A stretch of 64,000 nt of DNA from Thermoplasmatota archaeon (GTDB lineage Archaea; Thermoplasmatota; JAKEGO01). Shown here one piece after another: positions 39,723 through 48,797 of the stretch. The notes below the pieces were generated by a model. It was not told the DNA's origin. It saw only the letters and a program-made list of their open reading frames with translations, and searched no databases. The translations under genes and the position numbers were made by a program. Position 1 is the stretch's first letter. Every line of letters begins with the position of its first letter. The stretch spans positions 92,404 to 156,403 of the forward strand of contig JANQNK010000003.1 of the NCBI GenBank assembly GCA_028279595.1, in the 5' to 3' direction.

Positions 39723-40790
39723 ATGGAACGGGCATCCAGGGAGGCGCGGTCGGCGGGCAGGGCGATTTCTGCACGGACCGTACTCATCGCTACGATGATG
39801 GCGTTCGTACTTGTGCATGTATCGACCGCAGTATCCGCCGGGTCCACGACGATCCACTATTCATGGGACCACGAGGGGGAGAACGTCTCCTTCGATCTGA
39901 CGGTCCAGGATGAATACATTGCCGGTTACGAGAGCTACGAGCTCAAGGAGCGCTTCGATTACGGGAGCATGTTGACCGTCCAGGACCCTCACGTCATGAT
40001 CGCAGCCATCGAGATCCGGGAGATCGCCGAGGAGCACGATTTCGACCGGGCGGAACTGGCCCTGACCTTCGTCCAGAGCTTCGAATACTCTGAGGACAAC
40101 GAGGCCAAGGGCTGCCGCGACTACGCGCGGTTCCCGCTCGAGATGCTGGTCGATTCCACCGGAGACTGCGAGGACAAGGCGATGCTGCTCACGGTCCTGC
40201 TCATCGACCTCGGTTACGATTCCGTCCTCTTCGTGATCTACGACAACACCAGCGGCCACATGGCCTCGGGTGTCGCGGGAAACGGATTCTCGGGCGGATC
40301 GGTCATGCACAACGGGACCGAGTACTTCTACGCCGAGACCACGTCCCGTGGGTTCGACATCGGGGATGTGCCGTCCGGCATCAACCTGACCGATATCGAG
40401 GTGGTGGAGAAGAGCGCCCCGAAGAGCCAGTTCCACGATCCCGAGGAGGAGACCGACGACCTCCCGCCGTGGTACTACTTCATCATGGGAGCCCTCATGG
40501 CGGGAGCGCTGGCTGCGATCGCCGCCGTCCTCGGTTCCCGGAAGGGAAGGAAGGCTGCCGAGGCGGAGGAATCCGAGAAGAAGTGGAAGGAGTACGAGCA
40601 GTACGAGCGCACTGACTCGGGACTCAACATCATCAATGAACCTCGCACACCGCCGAAACAGAGAGCGCCCAGGACCAGATCGCGTCCACCGCCCGAGGAG
40701 TACGGGTACGACAGGGACCGCAGGATGGTCAACGATTACATGGCCGACGATGACGGCGGGTCCGAGGATACCTACAACCCGTACAAATGA
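39723..40790 (+). CDS. Membrane-anchored transglutaminase-like (papain-fold Cys-His-Asp) protein
   Basis: Trimmed to ATG 39723. Signal/TM (VLIATMMAFVLVHVSTAVSA). STGDCEDKAMLL (Cys), TSGHMASGV (His), YAETTS. C-terminal TM plus a Lys/Glu/Arg-rich tail. Confidence 0.55.
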   Translation: MERASREARSAGRAISARTVLIATMMAFVLVHVSTAVSAGSTTIHYSWDHEGENVSFDLTVQDEYIAGYESYELKERFDYGSMLTVQDPHVMIAAIEIREIAEEHDFDRAELALTFVQSFEYSEDNEAKGCRDYARFPLEMLVDSTGDCEDKAMLLTVLLIDLGYDSVLFVIYDNTSGHMASGVAGNGFSGGSVMHNGTEYFYAETTSRGFDIGDVPSGINLTDIEVVEKSAPKSQFHDPEEETDDLPPWYYFIMGALMAGALAAIAAVLGSRKGRKAAEAEESEKKWKEYEQYERTDSGLNIINEPRTPPKQRAPRTRSRPPPEEYGYDRDRRMVNDYMADDDGGSEDTYNPYK

Positions 40791-40791
40791 G

Positions 40792-42129
40792 CTATCCATT
40801 CTCGAAATCGTCCAGCAATCCCCTCAGGCCTGGCCTTCGGGGATATCTTTCCCTCAGGCGTACTAGCATCGCCGGGAGTCCACTGTTGTCCTTCAGGTCC
40901 TCGAACCTTCGGCGGATGCGCCACAGGACGTCGCGTCCCTTCGACGTCAGCAGAAGGTCCGTAAGATGTTCGGCAAGCTCTATGGACGGTTCTGATTCCT
41001 CGGCTATCCATTCGACCATATCGACGTCATCCGAGCCTAACGCCAGATCGGTCAGCGCACTCACCTCGCCCACCTCCAGGAGCAGCTCGGCGAGCAGGAC
41101 CCTTGCCTCCGGGTCCATTTCGAGGGCCGTCGTGACCGCGGCGTCCGGGCTCACCTCCACGAGCCGTCCCATGACCTCCCTATCGACCCAAAGTCCAAGG
41201 CATTCCCTCAGGTGGTCTATCCTGTCATCCTCCGAGATGTCCAGCCCTGCGGCGATCAGATGAAGGGCCCGCCTCTCCCTCGGGGTCCTGTCCCCCATCG
41301 CCTCGATGACGATCGGTAGGCATTCCTCCCCCATTCCGGCGCCTTCGAGATGCTGGCAACCTTCCTCGATGGCCTCGACCGGCGCATCGGAACCGATGAT
41401 CGCAAGCAGTTCGTCCGTCCTGCCGAGGACCCCGAGCAGATGGACCCTTGCCCTCGAGGCCATGTCGGACTCGATCGGACCCGCAATCGTGGGCAGCCGC
41501 GCCAGAAGTGCCTCGGCGTCGCCCGGGGAGAACCTCCCCCTCGCGATCGCCTCGAGACCGCGCTCCGGGTCGACCTCCAGGATATCTCCGGCGAGGACTG
41601 CAGCTCCATCGGCCTCCAGCTCAGCGATGGTCCTGGTCCACTCCTCCGTGAACGGCTCGACGAAAGGCGTTCCCTCGAGGTAGGAGACAGCCCTTCTCAG
41701 GAAAGCCTCGGACTCCTCGGGGCCGAGTTCAGAGATCTCGGTCAAAAGGGTGTCCGCCCGGCGCTCAAGGGCCCTCTTCTCTGCCTTGGTCCTCATTCTC
41801 GCGGATAGGCTGACAAGGTCATCGACCTCGGCATCGAGATCCCGGTCCTCACCCATCCTTCCGGGGACCTCGGATACCTTCAGGGCCACCGCGACGGCGT
41901 GCTTGCAGATGCCGCCGAACGGGCAGTTGCAGGTGATGACCGGTTCGTCCTCGGTGATGATCCTTACCCTGTAGTCGGACGTACCCTCGACGACCGCCTC
42001 GACGACCTTCCCGTCGGTGCTGATGGGACCTACCCTGCCCTCGATGTAGTACATCCTGCCCCGGTTGTAGATCGTCGCGGAGACCCTCCTCCGCACCGCG
42101 TCGCTCAGGTCCTTCGGGTCCACGCCCAC
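40792..42129 (-). CDS. SWIM zinc-finger protein with helical-repeat C-terminal region
   Basis: Track ORF 40792..42342 trimmed to in-frame GTG 42129 (alternatively 42123) so that it does not overlap pfk. SWIM motif ITCNCPFGGICKHAVAVALKV. Confidence 0.65.
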   Translation of the reverse strand: MGVDPKDLSDAVRRRVSATIYNRGRMYYIEGRVGPISTDGKVVEAVVEGTSDYRVRIITEDEPVITCNCPFGGICKHAVAVALKVSEVPGRMGEDRDLDAEVDDLVSLSARMRTKAEKRALERRADTLLTEISELGPEESEAFLRRAVSYLEGTPFVEPFTEEWTRTIAELEADGAAVLAGDILEVDPERGLEAIARGRFSPGDAEALLARLPTIAGPIESDMASRARVHLLGVLGRTDELLAIIGSDAPVEAIEEGCQHLEGAGMGEECLPIVIEAMGDRTPRERRALHLIAAGLDISEDDRIDHLRECLGLWVDREVMGRLVEVSPDAAVTTALEMDPEARVLLAELLLEVGEVSALTDLALGSDDVDMVEWIAEESEPSIELAEHLTDLLLTSKGRDVLWRIRRRFEDLKDNSGLPAMLVRLRERYPRRPGLRGLLDDFENG

Positions 42130-42217
42130 CGAACGGCAAGGGCCGATATTAAACCGACGGGGCGGCCGAGACCACAACCCTTTTCTAACAACCTCGGCAT
42201 TGTCCCACCGTGGGAAC

Positions 42218-43300
42218 ATGACTCCAGCGCAGGGTAACGTTGATGGTGCTGGCCAGGGGAAGGGACGCATCGCCGTCCTCACCGGGGGCGGGGACGCTCC
42301 GGGACTGAACGCCGTGATAAGGGGAATAGTCCACAGGGCCAACTCCCTGGGTTACGGCGTCCTCGGTCTGAGGAACGGCTGGGCTGGCCTGACCACGGGC
42401 AAGGAGACTTTCGATCTGGACCTGGATGCTGTCAAGGACATTCATATCACCGGAGGGACCATCCTGGGAACCTCGCGGACGAACCCATACAACATCGACG
42501 GCGGGCCTGGCATGGTGAAGACGAGCCTCGATGGGTTCGGCTGCGAATACCTGATCGCGATCGGCGGCGAGGACACGCTTGGCGTGGCGAACAAGCTTGC
42601 GGCCGATGGCATAAAGGTCATCGGCGTTCCCAAGACAATCGACAACGACCTCAGCGCAACGGATTACACCTTCGGGTTCGACACCGCCTGCAACAGGGCG
42701 GCCGAGGCGATCCGCAACCTCCACACGACCGCCCGGTCCCATTCGAGGGTGATCGTCGTCGAGGTAATGGGCCGGCACGCCGGCTGGATAACCTGGAACA
42801 GCGGTATCGCCGGTGGAGCACACATCGTCCTGCTACCGGAGGAGAGGTTCTCGATGGACGACATATGCCATGTCGTCGAGGAGCGCGAGAACGCCGGTGA
42901 CCCCTACACTATCATAGCAGTCTCGGAAGGGGCGCTTCCTGACGACCAGGAGAGCCTGGCCCTCCAGACCGAGGAGAGGGACTCCTTCGGGCACGTCCGA
43001 CTTGGCGGGATCGCACAGAAACTGGCGAAGTCCATCGAGGCGCGGACAGGCAAGGAATGCCGGCACGTGGTCCTCGGGCATCTTCAGAGGGCCGGAGCCC
43101 CGTCCGCCTTCGACGTCGTCCTCGGAACCCGCCTCGGCATCAAGGCCGCCGAGATGGTCGACGCCGGAGAGTTCGGAAAGATGGCCGCCCTCAGGGGGCT
43201 GTCCATCGAGGCCGTCCCCCTCGAGGAGGCCGTCGGGACCCTGAAGACCGTCCCGGACGACATGATCGCCGAGTCGAGGTTGTTCTGGTCCCCGGATTGA
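42218..43300 (+). CDS. pfk: 6-phosphofructokinase, PfkA family (phosphoryl donor ATP or PPi not assignable)
   Basis: Trimmed to ATG 42218, 360 aa. RIAVLTGGGDAPGLNAVIRG, IGGEDTLGVA, GVPKTIDNDL, MGRHAGW. Confidence 0.88.
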   Translation: MTPAQGNVDGAGQGKGRIAVLTGGGDAPGLNAVIRGIVHRANSLGYGVLGLRNGWAGLTTGKETFDLDLDAVKDIHITGGTILGTSRTNPYNIDGGPGMVKTSLDGFGCEYLIAIGGEDTLGVANKLAADGIKVIGVPKTIDNDLSATDYTFGFDTACNRAAEAIRNLHTTARSHSRVIVVEVMGRHAGWITWNSGIAGGAHIVLLPEERFSMDDICHVVEERENAGDPYTIIAVSEGALPDDQESLALQTEERDSFGHVRLGGIAQKLAKSIEARTGKECRHVVLGHLQRAGAPSAFDVVLGTRLGIKAAEMVDAGEFGKMAALRGLSIEAVPLEEAVGTLKTVPDDMIAESRLFWSPD

Positions 43301-43315
43301 ATGGAGTGATCGTAG

Positions 43316-44437
43316 ATGTACGAACCGATACCTGGAAAGAGGATATTCAACGCCCTGCTGGACCAGGACTGCATAGTCCTTGCCTGCAACCCCCGGATAA
43401 TCCCCGGTGTGGCGAAGGGCATATTCAATGCGGCGAAGGAGCTCGACGCACCGCTCATAATGGAGCTTGCCAGGACCGAGTGCAACCAGCACATCGGCTA
43501 TACCGGTCTCAGGCCCAGCACCCTCGCGTCCCGGCTCTACGAGGTCAACGAGGAGGTCGGGCACGACATCTGGGCCCTCCACGCGGACCACATCGGCATC
43601 AAGACCGGCCTGCCGGACGACATGGCCGACGCCAAGGAGCTCGTCCAGGAGCAGATGGACTCCGGTTTCACGAGTTTCGCCATAGATGCTTCCCATCTTT
43701 TCGACTTCGACGGCGCCACGGTCGCCGAGGAGCTCGCCCCCAACATCAAGGCCACCATCGACATAGCCAACTACATCACGGATGGAATGTCCGGGAAGGA
43801 GTACGGGCTCGAGGTAGAGGTGGGCGAGATCGGAAGGACCGGCGATGGCGGCATGATATTGACGTCACCAGAGGAAGCGACCACTTTCATATCGGCCCTT
43901 AGGGACGCTGGCATAGACCCGCAGCTGATCGCCATAGCCAACGGCAGCACGCACGGGAACGTCTTCGACGCCGACGGCAATCCGATCCAGCAGGTGTCTA
44001 TAGACATCGAGAGGACGAAGGCCGTGGCCGGCGCGCTTCGTGAGGCAGGACTTGGAGTGAGGATCGCCCAGCACGGCATAACCGGAACACCGCTCGGGCT
44101 CATTGCAGAGCAGTTCCCCCACGGGGACATCCTCAAGGGCAACGTTGCCACCCTCTACCAGAACATCGTCCTCGACGCACTCAAGGAACACCACCCGGAC
44201 CTATGGCAGGAGATCTGGGACTGGACACTGACCAACAAGCCCATGGAGGGGAGGCCCGACATCGAGGTCTTCGGAAAGAACGTGAAGCACGCGCTCAAAC
44301 CCTTCTTCGACATGATCTACGAGATGTCCGAGGCCTGCGAGGCACAGATCGAGAGGGAGTCGTACAAGGCCACTGAAGCCCACATACTGGCCTTCAAGTC
44401 CGCCGGGAAGGCGGAGCTGGTCCGCCAGGCACTCTAA
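43316..44437 (+). CDS. fba: Class II (metal-dependent) fructose-bisphosphate aldolase
   Basis: 373 aa. WALHADHIG, FAIDASHL, EVEVGEIG, ANGSTHGN, AQHGITGTP are class II FBA/tagatose-BP aldolase blocks. Confidence 0.8.
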   Translation: MYEPIPGKRIFNALLDQDCIVLACNPRIIPGVAKGIFNAAKELDAPLIMELARTECNQHIGYTGLRPSTLASRLYEVNEEVGHDIWALHADHIGIKTGLPDDMADAKELVQEQMDSGFTSFAIDASHLFDFDGATVAEELAPNIKATIDIANYITDGMSGKEYGLEVEVGEIGRTGDGGMILTSPEEATTFISALRDAGIDPQLIAIANGSTHGNVFDADGNPIQQVSIDIERTKAVAGALREAGLGVRIAQHGITGTPLGLIAEQFPHGDILKGNVATLYQNIVLDALKEHHPDLWQEIWDWTLTNKPMEGRPDIEVFGKNVKHALKPFFDMIYEMSEACEAQIERESYKATEAHILAFKSAGKAELVRQAL

Positions 44438-44478
44438 GGGTGGACGGACCTCGCGCTACAATATTGATTGTTCAGCGA

Positions 44479-44516
44479 ACGCGCTCGACGCCGCCCCTGC
44501 TGGGGCGTCGACGCGT
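44479..44516. terminator. GC-rich inverted repeat between convergent fba and aminotransferase genes
   Basis: CGCGCTCGACGCC...GGCGTCGACGCG. The core is TCGACGCC/GGCGTCGA (8 bp), with an inner CCCC/GGGG pair and an outer CGCG/CGCG pair interrupted by one bulge. No T-tract, so a terminator function is uncertain. Confidence 0.3.
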
Positions 44517-44554
44517 ATCACCAATATCCTCCCAGGGGTACGGGTACCGCATGA

Positions 44555-45907
44555 TCACTTCGAAGCAACAGCGACGGCCTCGTCGAAGACGTCCATGGCT
44601 GCGGTGACCTCTTCCTCGTTTATCACGAGTGGGGGAATAAATCTGATGGCAGAGCGGCCGCACGGGAGCAGGATGAGTCCGCGCTTGTACGACTCCTCGA
44701 CTATCCTGTTCCTGAGGTCGGCGGCGTACTCCTTCGTCTCGGTGTCCTTGACGAACTCTGCCGCGATCATGAGGCCCAGTCCGCGGACGTCGCCGATCTT
44801 CGGGAAGCGTTCCTGGAGCTCCGTCAGTCTCTGCATGATGAGCTTCCCCTGGACGATGGCGTTGTCGCAGAGGTTCTCCTCCTGGATCACGTCGATGGTC
44901 GCCTCCGCAGCGGCGCTGGCAACGAGGTTTCCGCCGTAGGTGTTGGAGTGCGCTCCCTGCACGCCGAAGTCCATCTCGGCCCTAGCGGCGACGGCTCCGA
45001 TGGGCATTCCGGAACCCATCCCCTTCGCCATGGTAACGAGGTCTGGTACGAACCCGAAGTTCTCGGACGCGAACATCTTTCCAGTGCGACCGAAGCCAGC
45101 CTGCACCTCGTCCGCAACGGTCGGTATGCCGCGGTCCGCTGCGAGCCTCTGGAGTGCTGGCAGGAAGTCGTCCGGCGGGATGACGTAGCCGCCCTCTCCC
45201 TGCACCGGCTCGACGAATATGCTGGCGACCTGGTCCACCATGTATGCGTCCAGGTGCTTCTCGATGAGGTCTATCGTGAAGGTCGTGAGGTCCTCGGTGT
45301 CCACACCGGCGACCGGCCTGTATCGGTTCGGATACGGGACGTGGACGACGCCGGGCATCCACGGGAAGAACCTGTCCTTGTGGACCGGCTTGCTTGCCGT
45401 CAGACCCAGCGAACCCATGGTCCGGCCGTGGAAGGCGCCCACGAACGCGATGTGGTGCTGTCTCTGGGTGTGCCACCTCGTGATCTTGATGGCAGCCTCG
45501 ACCGACTCGGTCCCGGAGTTCGTGAAGAAGATCTTCTTGTCGTGGTCCCCGGGTGCGATGTCGACGAGCTTCCTCGCCAGGGAGACCTGGGCGTCGTAAT
45601 AGAAGTCCGTACCTGCGAAATGATGAAGCTTCTTGGCCTGCTCGGTGATAGCCTCTACCACCCTCGGGTGGCAGTGACCGGTGTTCGTGACGCCGATACC
45701 GCTGGTGAAATCGATGTACACGTTGCCGTCAACGTCCTCGACCATCGAACCCTCTCCGCGGACTCCGACGATCGGCGATGTCTTCGTGCTGGTCATCAGG
45801 AACTCATGGTCGCCATCCACGATGGCCTGGGCCTTTGTTCCCGGAGGTGTCGTTACGATATCTGGGCCTTTCAAATTCTCACCGCCCGGCGATACCGGAG
45901 TCCCCAT
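44555..45907 (-). CDS. Class III PLP aminotransferase (4-aminobutyrate/acetylornithine aminotransferase-like)
   Basis: 450 aa. DFTSGIGVTNTGHCHP, ADEVQAGFGRTGKMFA, TMAKGMGSGMPIG (PLP Lys). Confidence 0.85.
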   Translation of the reverse strand: MGTPVSPGGENLKGPDIVTTPPGTKAQAIVDGDHEFLMTSTKTSPIVGVRGEGSMVEDVDGNVYIDFTSGIGVTNTGHCHPRVVEAITEQAKKLHHFAGTDFYYDAQVSLARKLVDIAPGDHDKKIFFTNSGTESVEAAIKITRWHTQRQHHIAFVGAFHGRTMGSLGLTASKPVHKDRFFPWMPGVVHVPYPNRYRPVAGVDTEDLTTFTIDLIEKHLDAYMVDQVASIFVEPVQGEGGYVIPPDDFLPALQRLAADRGIPTVADEVQAGFGRTGKMFASENFGFVPDLVTMAKGMGSGMPIGAVAARAEMDFGVQGAHSNTYGGNLVASAAAEATIDVIQEENLCDNAIVQGKLIMQRLTELQERFPKIGDVRGLGLMIAAEFVKDTETKEYAADLRNRIVEESYKRGLILLPCGRSAIRFIPPLVINEEEVTAAMDVFDEAVAVASK

Positions 45908-45962
45908 TTAAGGCTTGTGGAAAGACTGCTGGGATGGTCGACGATGGACGACGATATTTCCC

Positions 45963-46901
45963 CTAGATCCGCTCCCCCGAACGTCCTAGTATGGACGCTG
46001 CGATCACGTCCTTCTCCCTGACCACTGCACCCGGCGAAACGATGGCGGAATCGACCACCGCACCATCGCCGACGACCGCACCCTCGAGGATGGCGCAATT
46101 GCGTATCCGGCATCCCTTTCCGATCCTCGCGCCCTTGCCAACGTCCACCGGTGCAGTGAGTTCGCTCTCCACCGAGGCATCCGGAGCCACGAGGACGGGT
46201 TCAGAGATCTCACCTCTCGAAACCCGCCTTTCCAGGAGATCGTTCATTGCGAGAAGGTAGGAGGGAAGGGTGCCGACATCGGTCCACAGTCCATCGAACC
46301 GGAAGCCGAAAAGGCCGTGCTCCACGGCCTTGGGGAAGACCTCCCTTTCGATGGAGACCTTTCCCTCCGGGATCATGTCCAGGATCTCGGGTCCCAGGAC
46401 GTACATTCCCGCGTTGATCAGGTTCGTCGGCGGGTCCGGGGGCTTCTCTACGAAGCTGGTGATCCTGTCCCCGTCCATGTCCACGACGCCGAACCTGGTA
46501 GGGTCCTCGACCTCCCTGAGGGCGATGGTCCCGATCCCTTCGTTCGCATGGTGGAAATCGATCATCGCCTTCGAATCGAGGTCGGAGATGATGTCGCCGT
46601 TGAAGACCATGAACTCCTCGTCGAGGTGCTCGGCGCAGTTCTTGATGGCGCCACCGGTCCCCAGGGGCTCCTCCTCGTCGACGAATATGAAGCGGTCCGA
46701 GTCCTCGCGGGACTCGAGGTAGGACCTGATCTCCTCTCCAGAATAGGAAAGGGTGAAGACGACCTCGGCGTCATGTGGAGCGACGTCGAGGAGGTAATCG
46801 ATTATCGGTCGCCCAGCGAGAGGGACGAGCGGTTTCGGCACGGTCTCGGTCAGTGGAAGGAGCCGGGTGCCGAAGCCTCCGACGAGCATCAGGACCTTCA
46901 T
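45963..46901 (-). CDS. Sugar-1-phosphate nucleotidyltransferase with C-terminal left-handed beta-helix
   Basis: 312 aa. MKVLMLVGGFGTRLLPLTETVPKPLVP, EEPLGTGGA, hexapeptide-like C-terminus. Confidence 0.85.
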   Translation of the reverse strand: MKVLMLVGGFGTRLLPLTETVPKPLVPLAGRPIIDYLLDVAPHDAEVVFTLSYSGEEIRSYLESREDSDRFIFVDEEEPLGTGGAIKNCAEHLDEEFMVFNGDIISDLDSKAMIDFHHANEGIGTIALREVEDPTRFGVVDMDGDRITSFVEKPPDPPTNLINAGMYVLGPEILDMIPEGKVSIEREVFPKAVEHGLFGFRFDGLWTDVGTLPSYLLAMNDLLERRVSRGEISEPVLVAPDASVESELTAPVDVGKGARIGKGCRIRNCAILEGAVVGDGAVVDSAIVSPGAVVREKDVIAASILGRSGERI

Positions 46902-46922
46902 GTGGTATCGATATCGTCTCCG

Positions 46923-46930
46923 TTATTTAA
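46923..46930 (-). promoter_or_regulatory. TATA box candidate for the nucleotidyltransferase gene (leaderless spacing)
   Basis: Minus-sense TTAAATAA, 22 nt upstream of ATG 46901. Confidence 0.4.
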
Positions 46931-46991
46931 GGCTCTCCCGGTCTCTCCCATATGGGGGGTCGATGTTCTAGAAAATGAGCCCCTGGCTCGT

Positions 46992-47654
46992 TCACTCTAT
47001 GAGGTCCAGCGCCGATTCGATCCGGTTGAGTTCGACCCCGGTCGTCGGCGTCCCTGTCGCCGCTCCCGCGTCGTTCGCCACTATAGCCGAACCGAGCATC
47101 GGTGAGCCGAAGTTCGCGGTCCCGAACTCGATCTCGAGTCCGAATACTTCCTCGAGCACAGCGACCTCGCGGGCATCGGTCTTGGGATGGCAGAGTATGC
47201 CCTTCGAATTGAGGACTGCCGCTGAACCCACGGTCTTCAGACCACCGACCGTTCCGGCGGTCATCTCGACCCCGAGGTGGTCTGCCATGTCCTTGAGGAT
47301 ACGCTTCGGGTACTTTGGATTGGCGAGGGCGGTGGCTGGCCCCAGAAGGACATTGTTCCCGACCGCGTTCAACCTGTCATGAAGTACCATGACGTTGAAG
47401 GTCTCGCGCAGTCTGGCCAGTTCCTCCGATTCGATGATGTTCGAGACGATCATCCCATCGTCGTTGGCTATGCACAATGCACCGATTACGGTCATGCCGC
47501 CGATGGTGGCCTTCTGGACCTCGACGCTCAACGCTTCCGATATCTCGTCCACTCTGGAATCCGAAAAGTTGGGTGAAACGATGCACGACGAATTGTCGGC
47601 CACGGCAAGCGTGCCGAGGTTCGGGTTGCCGTTGACGTCCAGCCTGATGAGCAT
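46992..47654 (-). CDS. eif6: Translation initiation factor 6 (aIF6)
   Basis: 220 aa. MLIRLDVNGNPNLGTLAVADN... with the five-fold pseudo-repeat pattern (..GNN..., ..ATGT..). Confidence 0.88.
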   Translation of the reverse strand: MLIRLDVNGNPNLGTLAVADNSSCIVSPNFSDSRVDEISEALSVEVQKATIGGMTVIGALCIANDDGMIVSNIIESEELARLRETFNVMVLHDRLNAVGNNVLLGPATALANPKYPKRILKDMADHLGVEMTAGTVGGLKTVGSAAVLNSKGILCHPKTDAREVAVLEEVFGLEIEFGTANFGSPMLGSAIVANDAGAATGTPTTGVELNRIESALDLIE

Positions 47655-47669
47655 GGGTAGTCCGCCCGA

Positions 47670-47945
47670 TCACTCCTCCGGGAGCGTGATCTCGACGTAA
47701 CCGCCTTCTTCGGGGAACTTGGTGACCTTGACCCTGATCTTTGAGGGGATCTTCGACGATCCCCTGGACCAGATGTGTTCATTGACCTTGTCATCGATCC
47801 AGATCGAGTCCTCGTCGACCTTCATGTGCTTGGAAACGAACGATCTGATGACCTTCATCGATCTGGGGGCCCTCTTCCATCTGGGGCTGTCCCTCATCGC
47901 TCGCAGCGGGATCGTGTATATCCTCTCGATCTCCTCGTCTGCCAT
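47670..47945 (-). CDS. rpl31e: 50S ribosomal protein L31e
   Basis: 91 aa. ERIYTIPLR...PRWKRAPRSMKVIRSFVSKHMK...IWSRGSSKIPSKIRVKV. Confidence 0.9.
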   Translation of the reverse strand: MADEEIERIYTIPLRAMRDSPRWKRAPRSMKVIRSFVSKHMKVDEDSIWIDDKVNEHIWSRGSSKIPSKIRVKVTKFPEEGGYVEITLPEE

Positions 47946-47949
47946 GGGA

Positions 47950-48105
47950 TCATCTCTTCAACTTGGACCTGCGCCAGTTCCTGCGCTTCGGGTGGTCCAT
48001 GAACCGCCTGTTCGTCCGCATGACCACCCATGCGGGCACGCGTCTGTTGCTACGCATCGCCCTGAGCAGCCTGTTCTTCTTGCCACATGGCTTGTTCCGC
48101 GCCAT
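47950..48105 (-). CDS. rpl39e: 50S ribosomal protein L39e
   Basis: Below the track cutoff. My translation: [51 protein letters not shown] (51 aa). It sits in the expected position between the PDCD5-like gene and rpl31e. Confidence 0.88.
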   Translation of the reverse strand: MARNKPCGKKNRLLRAMRSNRRVPAWVVMRTNRRFMDHPKRRNWRRSKLKR

Positions 48106-48114
48106 TTGATCGCC

Positions 48115-48450
48115 TCACACTCGTTTGATTGTGATCTCCCGCTTCCGTCCCTGCAGCTGACCGAGGATGGTCTTCAGGACCTCGTCCGTCACCGGCACGG
48201 GGATCCTCCCGGCCTGGACGAGGATTATGACCTGGTCCTCGATGTTCGCAGCGAACTCGGGCTTCGCCATTCGTATGTTCGCAAGCCGCGATCGGGCCTC
48301 GGGAGTGAATATCTGCCTCAGGAGCGCCTCGCGCTGAGCGCGCATCTGCTCCTCCTGGGCCTGTTCCATCCCGGCCTCCTCGGCCTGGGCCTGCGCCTGG
48401 AGCTCGAGCATCCGTCTCTGTCTCAATGCTTCGAGCTCGTCGTCCTCCAT
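48115..48450 (-). CDS. PDCD5/TFAR19-like dsDNA-binding protein
   Basis: About 111 aa. MEDDELEALRQRRMLELQ...FTPEARSRLANIRMAKPEFAANIEDQVIILVQAGRI. The ATG at 48450 overlaps the rps19e stop (TGATG). The track starts one codon earlier, at GTG 48453. Confidence 0.85.
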   Translation of the reverse strand: MEDDELEALRQRRMLELQAQAQAEEAGMEQAQEEQMRAQREALLRQIFTPEARSRLANIRMAKPEFAANIEDQVIILVQAGRIPVPVTDEVLKTILGQLQGRKREITIKRV

Positions 48451-48797
48451 CACTCCTCCTCTCCCTTCTCGGGCTCTTCGGAGGGCTCTGGCTCTTCGAC
48501 CGCCGCTTCCTCGGCGGGGGCTTCCTCGACGGGTCCTGGCTCCTCCGCAGGGGTCTCTTCGACGGTCTCCTCGACCTTCTCGGATTCCTCAGCTGGGGCC
48601 TCCTCGACCTTCTCGGGTTCCTCGGCGGGAGCTTCCTCCGCGGGTGCCTCCACGGTCTCTTCGGCAGGCGCTTCGGGCGCAGGCTCCTCTGCAGGAGCTT
48701 CCTCTGCGGCCGCCTCTTCGGCTGCGGCTTCCTCGGCAGCGGCCTTCTCGGCCTCCTTGCGCGCCTTCTCCGCCGCCTTCCTCGCCTTCTTCCGTGC
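48450..48797 (-). repeat. Low-complexity coding repeat (Ala/Glu/Pro/Lys) forming the S19e tail
   Basis: The plus strand shows reiterated gcttcctc/ggcctcctc units. The translation shows AEE/PAEE/EKVEE reiteration. Confidence 0.7.
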
